Source: an uncultured bacterium (GTDB lineage: Bacteria; Patescibacteriota; Gracilibacteria; UBA1369; PNNO01). Taken from it: a DNA stretch of 32,000 nt. The notes beneath the pieces are model-generated. The model did no database searches, was not told the DNA's origin, and saw only the letters and a list, made by a program, of their open reading frames with translations. Below are positions 18,165 to 26,010 of the stretch, piece after piece (position 1 is the first letter of the stretch; every line of letters begins with the position of its first letter). Made by a program: the position numbers and the translations under genes. The stretch covers positions 450,001-482,000 of the forward strand of contig OY969931.1 of NCBI GenBank assembly GCA_963704705.1, in the 5' to 3' direction.

Positions 18165-18728
18165 ATGAATCAAGACAATACACAACAACCACAACCACCA
18201 AAAGACCAAGGGCAAGGTCAGCAGAGCCAGGGCCAGAGTCAGCCGACTGCTCCAACGCCTCCGACTCCGCCAACGCCACCACCAACTGGAATGCCCCTTA
18301 TGCCTGGCATGGGCACTCCTCCGCCAGCTGAACCGGAAGATAATACACCGGCGAATTTTCAGTTAGGTCAAATGTTTACTGATGGAATCAAACTTAAATT
18401 ACCTGCGCATGCTGAAACAACATTTGATGATGACAAGTTTATAAATCTTCTTGCATCTTCAATTTCTCTTTCAAAAGTTGAAAAAAAGCGCATTGTTGAT
18501 GCTATTCCAAAGTTGAAACAATGGCAGGTAGATGAGCTGATGAATATCTTTACCGAAGAAAAGCAGAAATTTGCACAGCTTTCAAAAAAACATGTTCCAC
18601 AGCTTGAAAAACTGGCAAAACAGCACTACGAAGAATGGCGTGATCTTGAAATGGGTCAGGAACAGGCTGGTAAAAGCGAAGAAGATAAAGCAAAAGCTGA
18701 AGAAATCAGAAAAAGTCTTGGATTATAA
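18165..18728 (+). CDS. hypothetical protein with Gln/Pro-rich N-terminus; C-terminal domain paralogous to 1098..1658
   Basis: ATG at 18165 follows a TATAAT at 18137-18142. The track start at 18126 overlaps the upstream gene. Low-complexity QGQGQQSQGQSQPTAPTPPTPPTPPP, then IPKLKQWQVDELMNIFTEEKQKF...HYEEWRDLE. Confidence 0.6.
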   Translation: MNQDNTQQPQPPKDQGQGQQSQGQSQPTAPTPPTPPTPPPTGMPLMPGMGTPPPAEPEDNTPANFQLGQMFTDGIKLKLPAHAETTFDDDKFINLLASSISLSKVEKKRIVDAIPKLKQWQVDELMNIFTEEKQKFAQLSKKHVPQLEKLAKQHYEEWRDLEMGQEQAGKSEEDKAKAEEIRKSLGL

Positions 18729-19967
18729 AACTCCAATGATTTCAATATCTTCGGTAATCTTTTGAAGTTTAACCGGAACTATTTGGTTAGTTTTTAAATT
18801 TGAGTGAATGCGTGTTTTTAAGTAATTTGAAGTGAAGCCGATTGCAAAACCTTTTTTATCAATTGATTCAATTAAAACTTCTTCTGTTTTGTTTAAATTC
18901 TTTTCATAAAAATCATGGCGAAGCTGTTTTTCAATTTCACTTAAATAAATGCATCGTTCTTTTTTTACGTTTTCAGGAATTTGATTTGGGAATGTAGCTG
19001 CAGCAGTGCCGGTTCGCTTAGAATAGGGGAATATATGGATTTTACTGAATCCTACTTTTTTAATAAAATTAATGGTTTCAATAAAATGCCCTTCGGTTTC
19101 ACCAGGAAAGCCAACAATAATATCGGTTGTTATGCTTATATTTGGCGCAGCTTTGCGCAAACTTTTAATCATTTCAAAATACATATTAGTATCGTATCTT
19201 CTTCTCATTAGTTTTAGAGTTTCATCGCAACCTGATTGAAGCGAAATATGTAAATGTTGGCAAAAGCGTTTATCTTTGAGTAATTCAAGGAATTTGTAAT
19301 TGAAATTTTGAGGTTCGATCGAACTTAATCTTAATCTTTCAATTTTTGTATCACGCAGTATAAGTTCAATCAAATCAGCCAGATCAAGATTGTTATTTTT
19401 ATAAGCACCTATATTAATTCCTGTTAAAACAGCTTCTTTGTATCCTTTATCAACTTTGTCATTAATTTCTTCAATTATCTCATAGAATGGCGTGCTTTTT
19501 TCACGTCCGCGGGCAAAAGGAACAATACAATATGCGCAAAAATTATTGCATCCGTCCTGAATTTTAATCAGCGCACGTGTGCGATTTTTTTGTAAATGTG
19601 AATGATCTTCTTTTGATTTAACTGTTTTTGATATTTCCTCGATTAATTTGATGAGTTCATCGGTTTCTTTAACTGCGTAATCAACAATCGGAAGATCGGA
19701 ATATCCCTTTGTATCAACATTAACACCGCATCCAAAAATAATAATTTTAGCGTCCGGATAAAGCTTTTTTAAAGGCAGGATTGCCTGCCGTGACTTGCGA
19801 TCAGCTGCATGTGTAACAGTGCAGGTATTTATAATTACAATATCCGCGTGTTTTAAAGTTGCTACCGCAGCATCAACAACCAAATGCTTATCTTCAAAAT
19901 AACTTTGAATTTTATCAGATTCATACCTGTTAGCCTTGCATCCGAGAGTTTTGATGACAATATTCAT
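18723..19967 (-). CDS. mtaB: MiaB-like tRNA methylthiotransferase (MtaB type)
   Basis: MTTase N-domain IKTLGCKANRYESD. Radical-SAM CNNFCAYCIVP. C-terminal TRAM-like region. 414 aa. Confidence 0.88.
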   Translation of the reverse strand: MNIVIKTLGCKANRYESDKIQSYFEDKHLVVDAAVATLKHADIVIINTCTVTHAADRKSRQAILPLKKLYPDAKIIIFGCGVNVDTKGYSDLPIVDYAVKETDELIKLIEEISKTVKSKEDHSHLQKNRTRALIKIQDGCNNFCAYCIVPFARGREKSTPFYEIIEEINDKVDKGYKEAVLTGINIGAYKNNNLDLADLIELILRDTKIERLRLSSIEPQNFNYKFLELLKDKRFCQHLHISLQSGCDETLKLMRRRYDTNMYFEMIKSLRKAAPNISITTDIIVGFPGETEGHFIETINFIKKVGFSKIHIFPYSKRTGTAAATFPNQIPENVKKERCIYLSEIEKQLRHDFYEKNLNKTEEVLIESIDKKGFAIGFTSNYLKTRIHSNLKTNQIVPVKLQKITEDIEIIGVL

Positions 19968-20014
19968 CTAATTAGTTATAATTGTTCTTGGTTTTATAAC
20001 TTAACTAAAAAAAC

Positions 20015-20353
20015 ATGCGAAAACAAGTATTATTCATTGCAATATTTGCAATTCTTTTAAGTGGCTGCAATGCTCAGCAAGCAGCTGATGATTCTAATAC
20101 GATGGAAAATGAAAATGTGACACCAGTAGTTGAAGATACTTTGAATGTTTCTGATACAAATACGAATGAAGCAGTAGATCAAGATTTAATTAATAGAAGA
20201 AAAGAAGAAGATGACTTAAACAACAAAACACAAAAAGATCTTGATGAATTTTATAATAATCTGGAAGGTCCGTTAAAAATGGAGGATTGTGAAAAATTAA
20301 CTAATCCTGCATTAAAAGATGGATGTATTGAATCAGTTAATCTATCAAACTAA
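20015..20353 (+). CDS. small acidic lipoprotein
   Basis: Lipobox LLSGC after a hydrophobic signal (MRKQVLFIAIFAILLSGCNAQQ). TATAAT at 19977-19982 lies upstream. Confidence 0.6.
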   Translation: MRKQVLFIAIFAILLSGCNAQQAADDSNTMENENVTPVVEDTLNVSDTNTNEAVDQDLINRRKEEDDLNNKTQKDLDEFYNNLEGPLKMEDCEKLTNPALKDGCIESVNLSN

Positions 20354-20365
20354 TAAAATCATATT

Positions 20366-21142
20366 TTATTGAACAGTTGTTGTTCTATTTGAACTTCCTT
20401 GAGGATCAAAACATATTGAGTATGAAGTCAATGTTGCTACACCATTGCTATAAGCATAACAATAGTCTATTCCATCTACGCCATAATATGGAACGGCACC
20501 CCTAAATCCGCCAGTGTTATAACCTGAACAACCTACTAGTCTATCTCCAGCAAAACAATGCGAAATTGCCGTATTTGTTGGGGCATTAACTTGCTTATAT
20601 GCTCGATAATAGCTTCCTACCTGGTCATCAGTAGTTATTCTCCCTTTTACATTAATACTTGTTGCATTACCTGTGCCTCCGAAATTAATAATCCCATTTG
20701 CAAGTTCAGATAATAAGTGGCCAGCTAAATAAAAATTACCTTCTCCTCTAATTTCACCATTAGTAGAGAAAGAGCCACTATGAAGATTTGCATTTATATT
20801 TAATGGCGTTGGTGTACATGGAGGCATCATTGGATTATTGTTAGGCACACAATAAGTATTAATAGTCGGAGTTGATCCTGACAAAGTTAAATCTCCTGCC
20901 ACACTTGCATTGCTTTGTAATGTTGCATCTCCAACTATATTAACAACATCAAAAGTTGAAGTTCCAGTTGCATTTAAATTATCTATTACTCTTAATCCAC
21001 TAAAAGTCGGCACAAGGCCATCATTGTCAGGTGGGTTTGCAGTAGGGCCTACCGCACCCGTATACATTGGTGCAACCAAAGTTACCAAAACCGCAATCAT
21101 TATTGCGCCGGTTAAAACAGAAAGATGAAATTTGTAATTCAT
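20366..21142 (-). CDS. hypothetical secreted or membrane-anchored Asn/Thr/Gly-rich protein with six Cys in three pairs
   Basis: N-terminal hydrophobic segment LSVLTGAIMIAVLVTLVAPMY followed by GAVGPTANPPDNDG. Beta-type low-complexity (GDATLQSNASVAGDLTLSG). The six Cys form three pairs: one central (YCVPNNNPMMPPC) and two in the C-terminal region (HCFAGDRLVGC, YCYAYS...SICF). Confidence 0.6.
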   Translation of the reverse strand: MNYKFHLSVLTGAIMIAVLVTLVAPMYTGAVGPTANPPDNDGLVPTFSGLRVIDNLNATGTSTFDVVNIVGDATLQSNASVAGDLTLSGSTPTINTYCVPNNNPMMPPCTPTPLNINANLHSGSFSTNGEIRGEGNFYLAGHLLSELANGIINFGGTGNATSINVKGRITTDDQVGSYYRAYKQVNAPTNTAISHCFAGDRLVGCSGYNTGGFRGAVPYYGVDGIDYCYAYSNGVATLTSYSICFDPQGSSNRTTTVQ

Positions 21143-21144
21143 TT

Positions 21145-21175
21145 GAGAATAATTAAGGTTACCTTAACTATTCTC
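21145..21175 (-). other. intercistronic RNA hairpin (14-bp stem, UAA loop) between the PKD gene and the 20366..21142 gene
   Basis: Minus strand reads GAGAATAGTTAAGG-TAA-CCTTAATTATTCTC. The single non-Watson-Crick position is G.U on the minus (mRNA) strand and A.C on the plus strand. The stem ends 2 nt before the ATG at 21142, and no U tract follows. Confidence 0.5.
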
Positions 21176-21181
21176 TAACAT

Positions 21182-22195
21182 TTAGCTTAAAATATCAACA
21201 AAAATTCGCATAACCTTTGATGCGATCGCTTCGTCCTGATCTTTTACTATTAATTTAACAAGGTATTCTCCTGGCTTTTTATAAAGAAAAGTTGCAATTG
21301 GTGAATTAAACCAGCCAGTATCTATTTGGATATCGTTTTTACCATTATAGTCAAAATCCCATCTGTATTTTAATGGGCTTTTATCTTTATCAAAAGAATC
21401 TCCGGCATCAACCATTATCTGGCCGTCTTTATTTTTAGTTACATCAAATTCAGCTTCAGGCGGTGTGTTTTCTTTTATATAAATTGTGTATCTAAAATAA
21501 TCACTTAAACCCTCGGGATCACGAACTTCCAAAATAACATTTTTTAAGCCAGGTGTATCAAAATAGTGAGTTCTTGTTTTAATTTTTGAAAATTTAGTAT
21601 CCCAATTTCCATCTCCATTAAAATCATAACGATATTCCAATAAATTATTGCTATATTGATCATCTTTAGAAGCGCTTGAATTAAAAGTAAATTCCGTCCC
21701 AGGTGTTCCAATGCTGGGTTTTACTGTGAAATAAGCTTCAGGCTTTGTATTTTCAACAACAAGAACCTGCTTGTAAGCTGAAGATACGTTCCCGCCTAAA
21801 TCCAGGACATCCATTCTAACTGTTTTTATACCCGGAGTATTGTATTTGTGTGTACTTTGCTTGGTTTTTGAGTAATAAGTATCAAGTTTGCCGTCATTTT
21901 CAAAATCAAAACGAACTTCAAGCAAATAACCCGGAGTTTCATCATCAATTGAGCTATTTCCGTCAAAAGTGAAAACAGTTGAAGTAGTGCCTGAATACAT
22001 ATCTATATTTCCCGAATCATTACGTATTTTAAGCTTTGCTGTTGGCGGAATATCTTCTTCCCCCTTATTGCTTTTATCAAACGTGAAATTCTCTGGATTT
22101 TCACCCAAAGGCATCATGCTTTGCGCACTGGCTGTGCTTGCCATTATCCCAAAGATAAGCAGCAAAAACCCGATTTTATACAAATATTTTTTCAT
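21182..22195 (-). CDS. secreted PKD-repeat protein
   Basis: Signal peptide MKKYLYKIGFLLLIFGIMASTASAQS. Three PKD-like repeats carry RFDFENDGKLD, RYDFNGDGNWD and RWDFDYNGKND, each followed by H/Y..PG.Y.V.L.V.D. Confidence 0.8.
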   Translation of the reverse strand: MKKYLYKIGFLLLIFGIMASTASAQSMMPLGENPENFTFDKSNKGEEDIPPTAKLKIRNDSGNIDMYSGTTSTVFTFDGNSSIDDETPGYLLEVRFDFENDGKLDTYYSKTKQSTHKYNTPGIKTVRMDVLDLGGNVSSAYKQVLVVENTKPEAYFTVKPSIGTPGTEFTFNSSASKDDQYSNNLLEYRYDFNGDGNWDTKFSKIKTRTHYFDTPGLKNVILEVRDPEGLSDYFRYTIYIKENTPPEAEFDVTKNKDGQIMVDAGDSFDKDKSPLKYRWDFDYNGKNDIQIDTGWFNSPIATFLYKKPGEYLVKLIVKDQDEAIASKVMRIFVDILS

Positions 22196-22216
22196 AAAAA
22201 TTTTACAAAGGAGTTA

Positions 22217-22245
22217 ATTATGCTAAAAATAGGTCGATCTGTCAA
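22217..22245 (-). promoter_or_regulatory. sigma-70-type promoter TTGACA-N17-CATAAT for the PKD operon
   Basis: Plus-strand TGTCAA at 22240-22245 and ATTATG at 22217-22222, with a 17-nt spacer. It lies 21 nt upstream of ATG 22195. Confidence 0.55.
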
Positions 22246-22253
22246 GGTTATTG

Positions 22254-22262
22254 TGTTATAAT
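22254..22262 (+). promoter_or_regulatory. extended -10 promoter element TGTTATAAT
   Basis: The 9-mer lies 23 nt upstream of ATG 22286, back-to-back with the minus-strand PKD promoter. Confidence 0.45.
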
Positions 22263-22285
22263 TAGAATAGAAATAAAAATTAAAA

Positions 22286-22852
22286 ATGAAAGAAAGATTT
22301 AAAAAACCTATTAAAGAAGAAGATTTAAAATCAAAGCAAATCGATTTTGTTGATCTTCATTCAATGGAATGGAAAAATCTGGAGAATTTTGAAAAACATT
22401 TGGAAAAAATGCAGAAAAAATATGAAGGTATGTTAAAAAGATCAAATGTTTTTATTGTACCTCCTGAAATTGTAGATCTTGTTAAAACTCTTAAAAATCA
22501 ACTTAAAGAAAATGAAGATAATTTAAAAAGAATAAAATGGTATCATCGCGATAAAACAAAAGCCAGAAATTATTTTCGCGCCCGAATTAAAAAATTAAAA
22601 TATGGGTTAAATTATATAAATTATGCAGTGGCAAAAAGAAAAAAAATTTTTTATAAACGCATAAAAACAAATCCGAATTATTATAAAGAGAAATATGAAT
22701 ATGCCATATCTACTATTAAAGAACACATTAAAAAAGTGCAGAGCCTTAAAGAGAGAGTCATTAAATCATCAAGACGCGAACAGGAAATTATTATTCAAAT
22801 GTATAAAAAACTGCTTGATGATCTTCGATCTGGCCGTTTAAAACAAAATTAG
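22286..22852 (+). CDS. hypothetical Lys/Arg-rich basic protein
   Basis: 188-aa ATG ORF with its own extended -10 box. No recognisable motif. The stop overlaps the convergent gene by 4 nt. Confidence 0.45.
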   Translation: MKERFKKPIKEEDLKSKQIDFVDLHSMEWKNLENFEKHLEKMQKKYEGMLKRSNVFIVPPEIVDLVKTLKNQLKENEDNLKRIKWYHRDKTKARNYFRARIKKLKYGLNYINYAVAKRKKIFYKRIKTNPNYYKEKYEYAISTIKEHIKKVQSLKERVIKSSRREQEIIIQMYKKLLDDLRSGRLKQN

Positions 22853-24687
22853 ATATCCTGAACTATCTCAATTTTAATATTGTCAGGAACCGAAGGAATA
22901 TTAGGAGACCACGCAGGCCAGCTGCTTATTTCAACTTTATTAATAGAAGGAAGCTGCTGAATATAATTTTTGGCTTCTTCTATGCTTTTACCAATAATAT
23001 GATTTTTAATATTATCAATAAGTCTTCGTCCGTTTTCTTTGTCAGGGCTTATTTCGTATTGCTCAATACCTTTGATTGTAACTGTGATTTTTTGTCGTGA
23101 TGGATCGCCACCTTCTTCAACAGGAATAATTCTATAAGAAAGACTCTCTGAATCTATTTTAACAATTCGTTTTTCAGGGCTTTTAGAAAGCTTTAATTTA
23201 GCTCTTAGAATATTTTCAAGTTCGTTGTAGTTATATGCAATTCCTTTGGTATAAACTTCTCCTGAAACTTCAAATGATTCAATCATCTGGCCTTCGAGGC
23301 TTTCATCGACATATATTTTAGGTTCTCCGATTTCGATTGCAAGATCACCTGTTAAAAGCGTAAGTTCAATATTTCGGTCCTGATTCATTTTTAGAACAGC
23401 AATTTTAAGCTCTTCTTCAGCTGTATTTCGAAGTTCAGCATCCATTTTGCCTTTTGCAGCTTCTAAGTCATCAGCTGAAACCATTTTGTACGTGATTGTT
23501 TCTCCTCCGCTAAATGTATCATAGCTTTCTGCATATAGTTTTTGTTGATTTGCATCGGATAATCCTGGCAGGAAGAATTTTGTAGGTTCAATATTACCGC
23601 GTTCACCAATAATAATGCCATTCGCATCAAGTTCATCAGCAACAACAAAAGTCTGAAGTTTACCTGGTTCGCTTAGAGTTGCAGCGGGTACAGTAACGCT
23701 TTGCTGAATTCTATAAACCAAGCCATCCGCATTTTGGAATCTGGTTTGCTCAATTAAAGGCCATTCACGGTTACTTGTATTAATAATAGTGATATTACCG
23801 GTTGCGTTTTTACCCTGGAATTTATTACCGGTAGTTTGGTAAGTAATTGTTTTTTTAACTGTTGTTTCAACAGGGAAGCTGGCAATTACATTTTGCGGAT
23901 GTGTATCGAGGTAGCTTTGATTACGCGCAGCATCTGCCAAAGTAACATTAGCTGATGTAGAAATAGTATTTGATTTTGGAGTTAGCTTAACTGTTGCACC
24001 CGGAATCGCGATATACACAATCAAGATAAGAATTAATATGCTAACTGTAATTAAGATTGTAAGCGCCTGCCTGTTAGGTGAAACAAGTACGTATCTGTTT
24101 TTTTCTTTTTTCTTTTTTTGTTTTTCTCTCGCAGCAGGAGTGATTTTTTTAACATTACCTGAAGCAATTTTTTTTGATCTTCTTATTAATTCAGCTATTG
24201 ATATTTTTTTAGATGCCAGTCTTGTAGGAGCTTCATCTTCATATGTGTTGATACTTGCTTCTAAAGGTGTGATTTTCAATTGATCATCCTGTAATTTACC
24301 TGAAACAAGAGATGGATGCTCGCTACCTTCAAGTTTATCAAAAACCTGGAATCCGGCACGTTGCGCAAGCTGCATACCATTACTGTCATTTGTGATTATA
24401 TAAACATTTTTCTTTAAATCTTCGGCTTTTCTTTTGAGGATTCTTAAATTTACAATGCTTTGAAAAAGCACAGCACGTTTTGGCACAACAATATAAATAT
24501 TCCTCATTTTATATTTTTTGAGTTTATCGTAAATACCTGTTATTTCGTCATCCAATTCAGTAAAAAGCACCTTTTTCTTTGAGATTATTTTTTCTTTTAA
24601 AGCTGCTTCTTTAACAGGATCAGCATCTTCATCTTTTACAATGCTTCGTTTCTGTAGCTCCATTTTTTTTGATGGTCTTGCGTGCAT
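22849..24687 (-). CDS. bitopic membrane protein translationally coupled to ftsA (about 205 aa cytoplasmic, one TM, about 380 aa extracytoplasmic)
   Basis: The ATG at 24687 shares one base with the ftsA stop (TAATG). Lys-rich linker REKQKKKKEKNRY. TM ALTILITVSILILILIVYIAIPG (about 23998-24066). The beta-rich ectodomain (ATVKLTPKSNTISTSANVTL...GNITIINTS...) loosely resembles baseplate-J-like domains, from memory only. Confidence 0.6.
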   Translation of the reverse strand: MHARPSKKMELQKRSIVKDEDADPVKEAALKEKIISKKKVLFTELDDEITGIYDKLKKYKMRNIYIVVPKRAVLFQSIVNLRILKRKAEDLKKNVYIITNDSNGMQLAQRAGFQVFDKLEGSEHPSLVSGKLQDDQLKITPLEASINTYEDEAPTRLASKKISIAELIRRSKKIASGNVKKITPAAREKQKKKKEKNRYVLVSPNRQALTILITVSILILILIVYIAIPGATVKLTPKSNTISTSANVTLADAARNQSYLDTHPQNVIASFPVETTVKKTITYQTTGNKFQGKNATGNITIINTSNREWPLIEQTRFQNADGLVYRIQQSVTVPAATLSEPGKLQTFVVADELDANGIIIGERGNIEPTKFFLPGLSDANQQKLYAESYDTFSGGETITYKMVSADDLEAAKGKMDAELRNTAEEELKIAVLKMNQDRNIELTLLTGDLAIEIGEPKIYVDESLEGQMIESFEVSGEVYTKGIAYNYNELENILRAKLKLSKSPEKRIVKIDSESLSYRIIPVEEGGDPSRQKITVTIKGIEQYEISPDKENGRRLIDNIKNHIIGKSIEEAKNYIQQLPSINKVEISSWPAWSPNIPSVPDNIKIEIVQDI

Positions 24688-25937
24688 TAAATTTGCATTA
24701 AGCGAACTATCTTTTTAAGAATTTTTGACAGTACTTTTTCTTCGCCAACATATTCTAACCCTAAATTGGCAATGGCAACAGGAGTTACATCCTGCTGATC
24801 TTTTAATTTTTTAGTTTCATCAACCATGTTTGTAATCATTTTTGGCTTAATAAAATTGATAACCGGTTTTTGAGTGAACGGTAGTTTTTTAAACCATTCA
24901 CGCGTTTCAAGAACTTCCTTGATTTCAGGTAAATGAGACCCTCCACCACAAAGCAACACTTTATGCGGAAGAACATCAACTTCTTCAAATTCAGCCAAAG
25001 TTAAGGCAACACCCGAAAGCCAGACTTCACAATCACTTTTCATGGCTTCACGCACAATTTTATGAGATTGCTTTTCTAATTTATCGCTACTGTAAGCCAG
25101 TTTAATATTTTCAGCTTCTTCAAAAGAAACATTAAGTGCCTGAGCCAAACGTTTAGTAAAAGTGCGACCACCCAAAGTAAACATTCTTGTTCCTTCTACT
25201 GCACCACTTCTTACTACCGCAATATCTGTAGTGCCGCCTCCGATATCAATAAAAATTGCTGAAAAATTATTTGAATTTTCTTCTCCGACACACCTTGCAA
25301 CAGCATAAGGCTCGGCTGTAATAGCCATTAATTCTTTGTTTAGTTCTGCCGCAATTGTCTGTAATGCACCAAAATGTACCAATGGCGCAAATGCATTAAA
25401 AATACTTACATCCACATCCTTACCCTGGAATCCGATTGGATTAGAAACTTTATATCCATCAATCTGAACATCAACAATCGCTGCGTTTACAAGCTTAACG
25501 TCAATTTCATTGTAACCGGTTTCAAAAGCCAAATCTCCGCGCACTTTATCAAATGCTTTCCATTGAATTTTATGAACGATATTTTTAAGTTCGCTGAGGT
25601 CGATTTTTGTATTTGGCTCACGACGCGTGTAGCTAAGTGTAGTTGTTGCGCCTTTAACAAGCTCACCAGCAATTCCAAGAATCATTTGATCCGTTGAAAC
25701 TCCGGCCATTCTTTCAGCCTCTTTAATTGCTTTTTGGCAGTTCATAATTACGCCACCGATATCTGTTACAGCACCGCTTTGCATATCGCCAAGCCTTTGT
25801 TTTTGTCTGCCAACACCGATTACCCGGCCTTTAGTACCTTCAGAAAGGCAAACAAGAGCCTTTACAAACTCAGTACCGATATCAACAGCGAGGTAAACAT
25901 TTTTACCACTACTAGATTTTCGCCCAAAAAGTGCCAT
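24687..25937 (-). CDS. ftsA: cell division protein FtsA (actin-fold ATPase)
   Basis: Phosphate motifs LAVDIGTEFVK and FIDIGGGTTDIAVV, plus LCGGGSHLPEI. The C-terminal amphipathic helix KVLSKILKKIVRLMQI is typical of the FtsA membrane-targeting sequence. I chose ATG at 25937 because the track TTG at 25961 lies between the predicted -10 box and the transcription start. Confidence 0.82.
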   Translation of the reverse strand: MALFGRKSSSGKNVYLAVDIGTEFVKALVCLSEGTKGRVIGVGRQKQRLGDMQSGAVTDIGGVIMNCQKAIKEAERMAGVSTDQMILGIAGELVKGATTTLSYTRREPNTKIDLSELKNIVHKIQWKAFDKVRGDLAFETGYNEIDVKLVNAAIVDVQIDGYKVSNPIGFQGKDVDVSIFNAFAPLVHFGALQTIAAELNKELMAITAEPYAVARCVGEENSNNFSAIFIDIGGGTTDIAVVRSGAVEGTRMFTLGGRTFTKRLAQALNVSFEEAENIKLAYSSDKLEKQSHKIVREAMKSDCEVWLSGVALTLAEFEEVDVLPHKVLLCGGGSHLPEIKEVLETREWFKKLPFTQKPVINFIKPKMITNMVDETKKLKDQQDVTPVAIANLGLEYVGEEKVLSKILKKIVRLMQI

Positions 25938-25963
25938 AGAAAAGCTAAATATAAAGCCCAAAC

Positions 25964-25992
25964 ATTCTAAAGAAATGAGGCTGTTTGGTCAA
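25964..25992 (-). promoter_or_regulatory. sigma-70-type promoter TTGACC-N17-TAGAAT upstream of ftsA
   Basis: Plus-strand GGTCAA at 25987-25992 and ATTCTA at 25964-25969, with a 17-nt spacer. It sits in the 49-nt ddl-ftsA gap. Confidence 0.55.
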
Positions 25993-26010
25993 TGAATAAT
26001 TTTTGACAAA

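Noticed and set aside
20352-20370. Inverted repeat AATAAAAT-CAT-ATTTTATT between the convergent genes 20015..20353 and 20366..21142, as a shared terminator.
   Set aside because: The stem consists only of A-U pairs, so predicted stability is negligible. It is probably just AT-rich palindromic noise overlapping both stop codons.
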